A stretch of 64,000 bases of DNA from Psilocybe cubensis (taxonomy: Eukaryota): contig CM039006.1 of NCBI GenBank assembly GCA_017499595.2, forward strand, positions 1,178,001 to 1,242,000, in the 5' to 3' direction. The position numbers were made by a program, and so were the translations under genes. The notes under the pieces were generated by a model, which was not told the origin of the DNA, searched no databases, and saw only the letters and a program-made list of their open reading frames with translations. Shown here in pieces: positions 40,701 through 53,113 of this stretch. Every line of letters begins with the position of its first letter. Within the stretch, counting starts at the first letter, position 1.

Positions 40701-41865
40701 TTAAACAGGTGAAACCCTGGACCTAAATGCTTCCCCGGAAGGTGCGGTGTCGCTGAAGTCATATACGTCAGATTTCGTGCCAAAATAATGAAAAAAATAG
40801 AGGATCGACACTTACTCGGCGCTGGTATTACCCAAAAGCACCTCCAACTGTCTTCTTTTATCGAGTAGTATATTTTGTAACTCGTCTCCAACCTCATGGC
40901 CGTGGTCCAATTCGAAGGCTTGACATTCTCTAATAAAGTGGTCAAGTTCTTTAACTTTGGCTTTTGAATTTTCTGGTTCATTTGAACCTCGCGATCGAGC
41001 CAGGTACGACGCCACAATCGTAGAAAGTCCGCCTTTATAAATAATGTAGATCAATGTTTTCTGTGGCTTTTTCCAAATAGAGGGGTAGAAGTTACCTAAT
41101 ATAGTGGTTTGTATGGCAGCCTGTTGTAGTAGATTTAGCTGAGTGCATACAAGACCGGAAAATAATGGAGACTCACAGATCTTCCGGAAGTAGCCACAGC
41201 TGATAACCCAGTTGTCAACGACCCCAGCAAAACCTGCAGACCTATAGCAATGTTTAAAGCGTATCCGGTTCGTCTCGCTTTTCGCGCATATTTATCTCTT
41301 TCTTCTTGTGCAATCCTTAGGGTAGGCCCCAATCTAGCACTTATATTCGCTTGTCGGTGCTAATGAGAAGCTTGGATTACTTCTTTCAGTGAATAAATAT
41401 AAAGTAAACACTCACTTTGCTTTCTACCGATGGAACGATATAATCTACCATGGAGCGTGGGTTGTAAGAGAAGACTCCAGTATCGCCAGTTCGTTGCCGT
41501 CCTGTCCGAGGACGAGCCTCAGACGGATAACGTGCGGGAGAGATGGTTTGAGGAAGAATAGGTCCAAAACTGGAGTTTCGTAATAGCACTGGCACGGCGG
41601 GGAGATTCTCGTCATCTTCAAACTTCTCCATGCTCGAGTTTTGGTGTCTTTCAGGCAAAGGCGGCAAGCTGTCGTGGTTGGAAGATGGTATACGCGAGCT
41701 ATATCGTCGAGGACTGCCTTCTCTTGAGCGACTGAACACATCGCCTTCACGCGATTGAGTGCGACCAGGCTCTGTCCGAGGCAGGGCGTCGTTTAGCGCT
41801 GCACTGGAAGGCGCGTTTTCGACTGCGTGAACGGTGCTGGTAGCAGGGGCGCGTTCCGAGGACAT
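40701..41865 (-). CDS. SLATT-like (SMODS/SLOG-associating 2TM effector, fungal type) protein, copy 1
   Basis: Disordered N-terminal exon, then GYALNIAIGLQVLLGSLTTGLSA, 25-nt microexon AAIQTTILG (41096-41120), GLSTIVASYLARSRGSNEPE; ends SRVSPV*. Gene structure is seen in the sequence; the domain name is from recall of the family. Confidence 0.72.
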
Positions 41866-42889
41866 GACTTTGAGGAATTACAACAGGATGATTGACTCTC
41901 GTAGTGGCAGTGTACCAACAGTGTACAGGAGACGCAACCACGACCATAACACATCGGCATTTTTTGAGCGAAATTCCATGGAAAACATTAGGGAGAGTCA
42001 AAAATAGCCTGAAAATGACTATGGCAATTTTTTGTGTCTTGGCGAAGTCAAATGTATCGGGGTTTAAATTGAGTGTCAAACTGATTCAAAACCATCATTC
42101 TGTTGGAAACATAAATAGAGGAAATGTAACGTAGGAATCAGGTTTTTATCAGTACGTTGCTCAGAATTGTGAATGGTGGCATTAATACCCAATGACTTTG
42201 CGAAGGGTGAAGGTGTGGGCGATATATTTGAACTCCGCGTAACTCTTGTAACGAAAATAGGCCGCGTTTTGTCGTGGCCATGGCTCCATGTGCAACTAGG
42301 TTGTTGCCAAGAGAAGTATTTGTCGAATAGGGGAAAAAACCAACAGGTGCCCGCGATGATTGAAGCTTGATTTCGAGAGTGTACTAATGAAAACGAGGGC
42401 CAGGCGAGATGAATGGGCCAGAGTTTACTAAGAATGCAATGCATGAGAGTCAACAGCTGAAAGTAGCACTTGATATTATAATCACAACTTGACCACTTTG
42501 GCATCCGGGGGTACATATTATTGGTTGAGAATCAAAGTTCCTCGTGCAAATGGCAAATTAGTTGTAAGGGGAGGTATTTGACGAAATATAAACAACAAAT
42601 TCAGGATGAAATACGGCCAATTGGCCATGCATTGTTCGCATTGCTCTCCAACAATACAAAATAACCAGTGCGTAATAACCACGCGTACAAGATACGACTC
42701 GAACAACATGACGGTCAAAACCAAGTCAAAACTAAAGTGAAGTGGGTTCAAAGGAATGTTAATGCTAACATGTTTGGTTGGATGGCAATGAAAACTCGAA
42801 AATCGGGTGACGGTCATTAACAGAGAAATACAGTAAAAAAACAGAAAAGAAGCTTAGGGGTTTGCACAAGAAACATGGCTAATGTCGCT

Positions 42890-44081
42890 TTAAACAGGCG
42901 GCACTTTAGACGATCTGTTCGAATCGTTATTAGGTATCACCTCCGTTCTATCAAAAGGTTTGGTTAGAACCAAAAAAACATACGTCATTTGTTACGGAAC
43001 AATATTCAACTCACCCGCTGCTTGTATTTCCCAAAAGCACCTCCAACTGTTTCCTCTTTTCGATTAATATATGATCCAAATCGTTACCGACAACATGGCC
43101 GTGGTCCATTTCAAAAGCCCTGCACTCGCGAATAAAGTGTTCGAGGTCTTTGACTTTAGCATTGGATTGTTCCGGTTCGTTTGTTCCCCTCGACCGCGCC
43201 AGATAGGATGCAACCACAGTTGAAAGACCGCCTTTGGAGAGGTGGTGTGGTAAGTAACTATTGGGTAAAATTTAATATTAAAAGGGAATTTACCGAGAAT
43301 TGTTGTCTGTATTGCTGCCTATAGAAAAAATGAATTTCAGATCAAGGCAATAACAACAAGACCAAATGAAAAAGTACTTACAGATCTTCCAGATGTCGCA
43401 GCCGCAGAAAGACCAGTAGTCAGAGACCCTAGAAGAACCTGTAAACCAATCGCCGCATTCAGAGCATAACCAGTCCATTTTGCTTTGAGGGCAAATTTAT
43501 CCCGCTCTTGCATGGCAATTTCGATAGTCGGCGCCAAACGGTGCGCAATATTAGCTGGCTGTTCAAATCCCAGACAAAGTGATATTTGAGCTCGGATACC
43601 GGTGTTCGGGAAATGCTACACGTACTTTTTGTTCTGTCATATAGTCCATCATGCTGCGCGGAGGGTGATAGGAAACACGACCTGTTTCTCCAGTTCGTTG
43701 TCGTGCCAAACGAGGGCGCATCTCGGCGCTAGGATATCGAACAGGAGGTGGGATCATTGGTCCCTGGGTTGAGTGACGCGTCACGACAGGAACTCCATGC
43801 AGATGCGTGTCTTCGTCGTCATACCTCTCCAGGTTGGGGATGCGTGGCGTCTCAGGTGGCAGAGTAATGTGGTTCTGGTCACTACTGGCACCCGAATGAT
43901 TGCGTGAGGCGTACTGGCGTGGGCTACCATTTCTTGACCCAGCAAATGGGTCACTGGCGGGGTCTCGATTTTGCTGTTGAACGGGGTCTAACAAAGATTG
44001 TGGAATTTCAGCCGTTTCCGGTAAGGGGACGTTCTCGATGACTGGTGTGATAGCAGGAACAGGCACCCGCTCAGAGGCCAT
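42890..44081 (-). CDS. SLATT-like 2TM protein, copy 2
   Basis: Paralogue: GYALNAAIGLQVLLGSLTTGLSA, microexon AAIQTTILG (43294-43318), VASYLARSRGTNEPE; ends SKVPPV*. Confidence 0.72.
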
Positions 44082-46623
44082 CCTTCACAACAAATGCCTT
44101 GGGGTACTGTAGGGCAGATAGTCAAGGGTCAGTGTTCGAAGCAAGGAAGTAAACTTGGTCACAACGAATAGTCTGTATTTGAACAAAGGTGTATGTCTCC
44201 GAAGTGACGGCGTACACATTCGATTCATCATTCTATTCCACCGGAATGGATTGTTCTCCGTTTGTATTTCTATATCGCAGTTGCAGATGTTAGGTAAGGC
44301 CTCCTCTAAGACGCGAAAATAAACATGAAGCTTCCTGAGAACCTGTAATCTGGTTCCCACATTATCAAAGTCACCGGGAATAACAACGTTAATTTCAGGC
44401 ACATTGCCTTTTTTGCGAGTCGCCGTTTTGATGGACCGGGTATGTTCACAGGAAGCAACAGATGCCAGCAGTCATCTGCTAAACTCAGAACACTGTAAAA
44501 CAATTCAGATTAATAGCCAACGGTTGGGTTAAATCAGAGCAAAAAAAAAGGCAATACCTTGGATACATGACCCTGTAACCGATCGAGAACTATGGTGTGG
44601 ATCATCGCAAAGCGAAGTACTAATCCGCACACAGTTAAACCGCTACGTTACCTTACTAGAGTCTGACGCGGTGCCTGCAATGCCAGAAGCTTCCCTTCCT
44701 TTACCAAACGCTTTAGTTAAACGAGATATCTAATGGCACGCGGAGCCCGAAAAGTCTGTGCTCACCGCGCATATATGTATAAAGAGAGAATTCAATTTGA
44801 ACTTTGAAATCACCTTTTCATGCTTGCCAGAGGTGTTTTGCTTCTTAAACTAAAGCGAATAGTCGTCAAGACATGAAATAAAACCAAATACAAAAAATAG
44901 CTCACCAAATCCACAAAATGCTGACAGGCCAATTTTCGGGATACTCTGCACTGACACGTAACACATGAGAGTGGAGATCTACGAATGAGCTAGACTTCGG
45001 CAAGGGCTATTTAAGTTTGGGAGTCGCACGTATGTTGTAGAAAGTTCAATATGATTAAATCACGGTGACAAAACGTGATATCAGAAAACTGTGATGCTAT
45101 GTTGGGACGCTCCCAATGGCCATGAAGTACTTATGTAGAATAGACCGAGAACAGGGAAGTGCAATATCATCCCTTCACCCTTGCCATCTTTAGTCGACAG
45201 GTTGATAGGTTTCCGGTGGCAACTCCAAATTTCTGAAGAAAATAACATCAACATAACAAGGCAGGGAAAAGGGGTTATAGAAAGGTAGAAAACATAATCA
45301 AATTCGTACAGGAGTTCGGATTGAACCGATGTGGGCGTGAGTTGGAATATGGGATATGATACTCACCTCCGAGGATAGCCACGCTTCCTTTGCTCTCCAC
45401 CTCCGCCTTTCTGGTTTCCCCTTGGTTCCCAAGAATAAAACGAGTAAATACTCGAAAAAATCCAACTGAAGTAAGCAAAATGATGTAAAGCCAAGCGGAT
45501 CAACTGATAAGTATACCAGGTATCGAAAACACAAATCGGAACCGCACTTGGGCGAATTAAACGGGATCCGAAAAGGATTAACAACTTTTGGCCATGTCCT
45601 GATATTCGAGGGAAAAAAGAGTACAGGGTATAGAAAAGTGGGAGAAAGGGACAGCTTCCAAATGAGATGATCATTGACTAGACATGCAATGCGTCACCAA
45701 GATTAAGTGTATAGTACGAAAGATAGACCGCGCACCTTGTCATGTTCGTGTCGAACGTCGCCGTTTCCTCTAAAGCCTTACGTTTGGATAGGTTTGTGTG
45801 GTGTTGAGTATAGTGTGATGCCTATAACCGATCCAACGACAACATCAATGAGAGGCACACGTCCGGATTTTTCATTGAAGACCAGTCTCTGAGCATTATC
45901 GTTACGGTCAAAGACAGTGACGAAAATAACAGAAGCATGCGGCACTTGGATGTGATATCCTTTGAAACAAACATGCACAAATAACATCAGTGTATATTTA
46001 AGTCAATCACCGTGCTCTTCTTTTCTTTACGACGCTTTGCCCCCCTTCCAGACGCCAACTTGAGCGAGGTCGGGTCTTCCTTTTTTACGACGTCGGAGAG
46101 CATCTTCGTGGACTTCGCTTTCGCTAGCAACACTAGCCTTGATTCTCAAGGCGATGATGGATTTCTAGATAGTAGTGCAAGTCACAATCTTTTCACATAT
46201 CTATATTTCGTCCCCCAATACAATTTATTCAGCAAATCGTGCGGCTGCCTGCCTACCACTCTTCAATAGCTTTCTTGGATAATAGCTTTTCACTGAGTGC
46301 TACATGAGTGTTTAGTAATAGTGACGCTTGAACGCAAAACACATTTTTCGATCCCACTATCATTTTATATATCTTCGAACTCCCGAAGCCAATTTACATC
46401 GCATTTCACATGTAAAATCAGATCGAAGTTAACAGAGACATAGTATACAGCTGAGCGTGGTGGGAAGTTTTTGGATAAACTTTGCCAAGGGACTGTCGTC
46501 TGAAGCTTAGCGCTTCATAAAAATGCTTTACCATTTTGAAGGCTTCGGTGTCAAGGCTTATGAACCAATGATATGTGATACATGTGTGCCAGAAAGTGAT
46601 GATATTGAAAAAGAGGTGCAAGT

Positions 46624-47297
46624 TTAGGCCTTTGTAGCGGTGGCGGCCTTGGCATCCTCAGCAGCAGCAACAGCAGGGTTGACCTTCTTGCCATCCTTCC
46701 AGCGGACACGGGGGGGAGGGGCACGGTTGCGACGTCCCTCGCGCGAGCGCACACGGACGACTAAGGAACGTGTTAATTTTAAAAGCTCCAAGGTACATAT
46801 ACGGAAGGAGTTGGACTAACCATGCGAGTGGATAGCGCATGAGACGCAGTATGCGATTTTGATGTACAATTTGGGGATGGCGTATTCTACACCAATTATT
46901 GTCAGATAAATGGAATAGAAACACAATGATAACGACTCACCAGTGTAGACGCTGGCCTCGCTGATATCTCGAACAGCGGCGCTCTCAACCATGTTCCTCA
47001 CAGTGAACCTCTTGATGGCCTTATCCTTTGCGACACAGCGCGAGCAGTTGGAGCATCGCATGAAGGTGACATGGCCACGTCCCTTCTTGTTGCGGCCGCC
47101 ATTTCTTCTTTTCTTGGTCTAAAGAAGGTGCATAAGCGTTCATTCCAGGAACCCGACCAAGGCCCAAACGACATCCAATATTCGAATCATGCATCCATCG
47201 CGAATCCACCTCAAAATTGTTCCAGAGCAGCACAAGAAACACGAATATGATGCAGCGAATGGGTCCAGCGTGAATCGGCGTTGAAAAAACTCACCAT
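46624..47297 (-). CDS. rps26: 40S ribosomal protein S26 (eS26)
   Basis: ATG|intron|[85 protein letters not shown]. Confidence 0.97.
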
Positions 47298-47718
47298 TTT
47301 GAGCGTCGGTGTCGAGTGGCGATGTGTTGGACGACGTCTACGATCCCTGGATGGGCTTGATGATTCGGAAGCAAATATTCCCACAATCCGGCCGGCATCT
47401 CCGGCACACTTGTTTCTGCCCGCCCAACGGGCCGTGGCCATGGCTTCTATTTTTAAATTGGTCGTCACCATCGTCCTTTTGTTCTTTGTTGAACAATGGC
47501 ACCAACCTTTTGTTCATTCTCGGCCACACATGGCTGCCCTGAATATCTTTTGTTCATCGCCGTATAAAGCTAGCATGCTATTATTCTTGCTTCCTTACGC
47601 CAAGTTTTTTTTTCTTTCCTCCCCCTTCACTTAGCTTGTCGAGCCAGGCGCTCACTCTTCACAGCATTTCTTTCGAATAGTAGACTATATTCTTGACACT
47701 TCACGCCTGCTCATAACC

Positions 47719-48813
47719 ATGCACTTCTCTCTTTACGTTGCTCTTGCTATCTTCTCGTCGACCTTTGTGCAGGCTGCTCCCACTGCAGCCCTCGACGCTG
47801 CCACCCTCCTTAAAAACGGACAGGATGCCCAGAAACTGAATGCTCAATTCAAAAATGCCACTGCTCCAACCAGCTGTGACGGTGCGTCTAACATTTTGGC
47901 GCATTTCTCTGGTATCTAACGTATTATTTCATGCAGGAGACCAAACCACATGCATCGGCAATGCAATTGCCAAATGCACCAATGGAAAGTTTGACACTTC
48001 CGGTGGGACTTGCTCAAAGTCTGAAAGCTGCTTCGCCATTCCTAGCATTAAAACAAACGGGACTGTAGGCTCAACTCATTCTGAGATATTCCCAATCTTA
48101 TTGATCTGTAAACTTTTCAGGCTCTGATCTGCACCAGCGAAAAGAGTGCTCAATCTCTAATTAATGCTTCCGGTGCCACTGGAGACGTTACAGGAGCTGG
48201 CTCAACTGGGACGCCATCATCCACTTCTTCAACATCTGCACCCTCCCCGACAGCCACATCAACTGGTGACGGAGATGACTGCGACCCCGAGGGTGGTGAT
48301 GATAACGAGGGCGGTGATGACGACGACTGTGATTCAGACGGCGGTGACACCACCCAAGGAGGCAGCGAAGATGACGGAGATTGTGATGAGACCTCTTCCG
48401 CCCCAATCCCTGCTTCCAGCACTTCTGCCTCTATCCCTGCATCGAGCGCTCCTGTCGAGCGCGTTACCGTCACCGTTACCGTATCCGCAACACCCCTCCC
48501 TCCGACTACGCAGACTATCTCCCCAAGCCAAGCCTCTGAAATTATTTCCAGTGCTACCGCTACCGCGAGCCCTTCGTCTGCGCCGTCGACCTCGTCTTTC
48601 TCTGTTGGCACAACCATCCTTTTGACCATTGGAGGAACCCAGACGCCCACTACATCCATTGCTACTTCGGCGCCGGCTTCGTCTGCCTCTGGCCTTGTAA
48701 TCGACCTCGGTGGAATCGGCGGAAGCTCTTCCACTGCCGCACCTGCAATTACCTCTCCACCTGCCAGTGGAAGCTCAGACGGAGGTTATGGTGGAGGTTA
48801 CGGAGGCTACTAG
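47719..48813 (+). CDS. Secreted Cys-containing (CBM19-like) protein with acidic linker and Ser/Thr-rich tail
   Basis: Signal peptide; LLKNGQDAQKLNAQF...C..GDQTTCIGNAIAKCTNGKF...CFAIP; D/G-rich segment; S/T/P-rich tail ending GGYGGGYGGY*; 2 introns. Confidence 0.7.
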
Positions 48814-49435
48814 TCAATGTTTCATTCACGTCATCATTAACGACATCAAGATCTGCTGGACATTTATTTCATCTGTAACGACCTCACATCTGCATTGAAT
48901 TGGACTCCTTGTATTTTAGCATGCCCTATGTAGCTGTAGAATGTAATACCAGCTTTTATATTCAATTTTGCGCTCTTTTTTACTACTTTTGGACTGCGAA
49001 GCTTTGTCATTGGTAACCCTTAGATTGCAGAACTCACCTTTTCTCCAGTGCATTGCGATTTGAATGTCGTCGCGATTATTTGAGTCGACCAATCGTCCGG
49101 CAATGTCGTGACTCGCAGTCGTTCATACTTTTGAATCATGCATCATATCAACGGACCTAGAATACATTCGTCAAAATAAACCAATATTCAAATGAAGCCG
49201 GTGGGGATCTAGTAAATCTTTTCCGAGTCGAAAAGTCGATCAGCTACCGTACGTATAACACAGCAGTCCTTCATTCTATAACTTGTTAGTTAAAATGCTT
49301 CTTAAAGGCCTCGCTCTTGGATGAGTTTCAATCACTTCCAACCCTTCTCCTGATTGGTTATGGATGCATGTCTGTGAACGAGGTTACAAACATTAAATGG
49401 TGTATATTCCTCAACTTGAATCTACTCACCAGTTT

Positions 49436-50427
49436 TCATAGTTGGTCCAATACTCCGTGCTTCAGCATACTCAACAAAACCTCCAAGTCAAAAACATGCT
49501 TTTCTTCTTTTCCTTCGACCGTCACGGGGCCCCAGCCTTTCTTATCAAATAGAATAGCTGAAGCCTCCCACGTCCTATTGCCATCTTTGAACAAGAATTT
49601 TTGGCCAATAATGCTCGTTGGGTCCTCTTTGTAAGAAGAAATTTTGTTGGACAGGTCTTTATTAGAATCAATGATTGAAACTGAATGCGGGGCTCGATTC
49701 GTAGATCTAAAATCAAGGGATGGAAGAGGACCAGCTGGAAAAGAAATTATTGGCTCGAAACGCGGTGTTTGCGATACCGACGAGGAACTAGGAGGACTAT
49801 CTTTGTTTCAGCACCATTTACCAGAGTGCCTTTAAGTGAATACGTACTCAGATGGAGAAAATCCACCGACATCATCGGTATCGCTCTCGGCAGCTTGGGC
49901 GCCTATTTGTCTCCCCGATGACCATCCTGAGTTCGGTAGGGCATCTTCTGCGGAACCCCATCCAGAGCGTTGACCATATTTAGTAATGGAAGTTCTTTCT
50001 GCATGAATCTGACCAACACTTGCGACACTACCCGAGGTTGGCCAGCCCATTGACCGTGCAACTTTCAATTTGTCCTTGAGTAATAGGTCGTCGAACCCAG
50101 CTAACTGATCCGACCCAAACACATGTTTGTTCATCGTCTTTCTGTTTGACGAAGAAACACACTCCCAGTGCCTCTGGCTACTGTTTCGATACCAAATGAG
50201 ATCTCCGTTCCGAATATCATTTTTGCCTTATTCAAGAACATCAACCTTGATTCCAGTGGCCCATGGCTTACGCCTTCATAATGCTAAGTGCTCACATTTT
50301 TTACCTGTTTATTAGTGTCAGCAATCATACATAATAAATGCATTTGCCGCAAAGAAATGCCATGGCACCCACGGTTACACGTCGCCTCCGAGTTTGCGTA
50401 ACCCACGCGAAATATTGCATCAGACAT
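49436..50427 (-). CDS. PARP-type zinc finger domain protein
   Basis: Spliced MSDAIFRVGYANSEATCN|RKK|CKNDIRNGDLIWY...HWECV...GFDDLLLKDKLKV gives the C..C/H..C zf-PARP pattern. It needs a 9-nt microexon at 50296-50304. Confidence 0.7.
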
Positions 50428-51361
50428 TGGATAGAATTTCAACTTGAAGAGTGGTGAATAGACTAGTCTGAGGTATGGTGCGTATATATACTTGCTATAA
50501 CTTGATGAACACTGGGCGTATGACTGCGATGATGGTCGATTCTACGACAAGCTTGTAAAGGCCCGGAAGCATGTCTCTACGACTCGCCTCTTCCATGAGG
50601 ACAATATTGGGTTCTCTCGGCACAGTGGCGAGCCGCTTAGTCAGAGTTAGGTGCTAAGTCGTCGACAGCCGACCGAACTTCGATACACTTGCAAGAGAAG
50701 TTCAACAACCTTCACTGACAGTGATAAACCATATCGAAGAGAGTAAGGAAACCAGAGATATTTATGATGGTTTCCAGAGAAAGACGCAAAATTTTTTTTT
50801 TATTTTTATGGTGCGGAAGCGTAAAGTAGCAGAAGGCTTGTCATACATTGCAAGACTTATGAAAGATCAGCGTCTATCTCGATGATATATTCTTCGACCT
50901 TCTGCTAAGTGAGCTCAAGATCTACTCTACCGGTAATTACTAGATGCTAGATGCGTCGACGATGCACAACCAAAAATAGAACCAAGTAGGACAATGTGCT
51001 ATTTTTGGATTTCTTTTGTGAGCATACAGAGTTTGATTTGTCATGGTAACCTGGATTCTCCCTTAATACATCAGGCCAAAAGGTACAACTTATTCTCCTG
51101 CAATTCTCTATCATATTTAACTACTTTTCCACCTCGAAACTCGCTGATGTGTGAAGTGATGACATTCGTTTTGAGCTAAGTATCAAAATGAGGAATCTGG
51201 TAATTGTCATCGATACGTCAAACAAAAACAGAGAAGGAAATGACAGAAATACGCCTTAGCTTGTGCATCCCAAAAATTTACACGTCACATACTTGTATAC
51301 TTACAGCCATTACTTAAACATGTACAGGGTCGAGCAATACTTTGCACCTATCCTTTGAATC

Positions 51362-52076
51362 GAGTCATAGTTCGATTTGTACTATTCGATCGATGGCATC
51401 AGTCACGTGAAGTGATCTTGTCCCAAATTGAGGAAGATAAGATGCTGATCCTGTCTTTTATCTCCGGTCCTCACCGGCGATGTACATGCATATTTTCTAA
51501 TGGTTATGGGTCTCCGCAATATTTCAAGGCAGTCCATGATGTATCCCCTTGACAAAGTGTTAGTATATAGAAATACAACCTATTGTAACTCTCGAACTTG
51601 CTCTAATCTTCGTGTAAGAGCTGGATAGGCAAATTACACCACAAACTATCAAACAGATTTTGAAGAAAGAATGAATTCAATTCATTGATTGACATCACGC
51701 CCCAGCACTTCCGAATGTTAAAGAAACAGATTTCTTCGTCTAAGATCGATTTTCTTAATATGTAGCTTTTTACTAATTAAAAAGTGATGCCAGCAGCCAA
51801 AGCGTTAGTCAGTAAGAGTACTACTACATTCGTAAGTATAATCATCCTGTACGGACTTTAAATTGGACTTTGGCACTGCCTGGCAAGTAAGTCTATGCCT
51901 GTCTTGCAGGCTTACAACAGTGTGTTACACATTGGTTAAAAATTGGTTAAAAATTCTATGTGTTAAAGCCCCGGCGAGATAACGGAGACTGGCCACCAAG
52001 TCCTCCATTTGGGCGTGGGAATTATCCAAACGCGGATATGTGCCTGAATCGAATAGTACAAATCGAACGTTTCCTC
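51362..52076 (+). mobile_element. Non-autonomous Mutator-like MITE, copy A (715 bp)
   Basis: Both termini start GAG and share a perfect 21-bp inverted core GTTCGATTTGTACTATTCGAT (51370-51390 vs 52048-52068), with further degenerate TIR (CCCAAATTGAGGA/CCCAAATGGAGGA). 9-bp TSD CTTTGAATC at 51353-51361. No coding capacity. Confidence 0.8.
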
Positions 52077-52092
52077 GTCCGAAGATTCAAAG

Positions 52093-52807
52093 GAGGAAAC
52101 GTTCGATTTGTACTATTCGATTCAGGCACATATCCGCGTTTGGATAATTCCCACGCCCAAATGGAGGACTTGGTGGCCAGTCTCCGTTATCTCGCCGGGG
52201 CTTTAACACATAGAATTTTTAACCAATTTTTAACCAATGTGTAACACACTGTTGTAAGCCTGCAAGACAGGCATAGACTTACTTGCCAGGCAGTGCCAAA
52301 GTCCAATTTAAAGTCCGTACAGGATGATTATACTTACGAATGTAGTAGTACTCTTACTGACTAACGCTTTGGCTGCTGGCATCACTTTTTAATTAGTAAA
52401 AAGCTACATATTAAGAAAATCGATCTTAGACGAAGAAATCTGTTTCTTTAACATTCGGAAGTGCTGGGGCGTGATGTCAATCAATGAATTGAATTCATTC
52501 TTTCTTCAAAATCTGTTTGATAGTTTGTGGTGTAATTTGCCTATCCAGCTCTTACACGAAGATTAGAGCAAGTTCGAGAGTTACAATAGGTTGTATTTCT
52601 ATATACTAACACTTTGTCAAGGGGATACATCATGGACTGCCTTGAAATATTGCGGAGACCCATAACCATTAGAAAATATGCATGTACATCGCCGGTGAGG
52701 ACCGGAGATAAAAGACAGGATCAGCATCTTATCTTCCTCAATTTGGGACAAGATCACTTCACGTGACTGATGCCATCGATCGAATAGTACAAATCGAACT
52801 ATGACTC
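52093..52807 (-). mobile_element. Non-autonomous Mutator-like MITE, copy B (inverted, apparently identical to copy A)
   Basis: Reverse complement of 51362-52076 with no net indel (coordinates sum to 104169 at both ends and at a spot-checked internal point). 9-bp TSD TCTTCGGAC at 52808-52816. Confidence 0.8.
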
Positions 52808-53113
52808 TCTTCGGACCGAGTCATTATCTGCCAAACAAGAAAGGAATAGTCCAGGCGACTCGCTTCCGAAAGACAAAAAGACGAGTCAGCTCAATGGTGC
52901 GCGCCCATGTATAAATACTTAGGAAAACTTCAGGAAAAGACATCTCTGTAAACAATACTTTGAGCCTTGAGGTTCGAGTTAAACATAGATCGTCTCGCAT
53001 ACATCAAGATTTGTTTCAAGTTTTCGTTCGGCATTCTCGACGTTCAAAGATCAAGTTACTTCATCATTTACAAGACCTGAAAACGATTTATTATTACAGA
53101 ATAAGCAAAGACC

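Noticed and set aside
47119-47294. Longer first intron of rps26 as a snoRNA host
   Set aside because: No convincing box C/D or H/ACA arrangement seen.
48150-48734. 194-aa minus-strand ORF
   Set aside because: Antisense shadow of the Ser/Thr-rich exon of the secreted protein.
51960-52244. 94-aa ORF across the palindrome centre
   Set aside because: Chance ORF spanning the two MITE ends; no transposase motifs.
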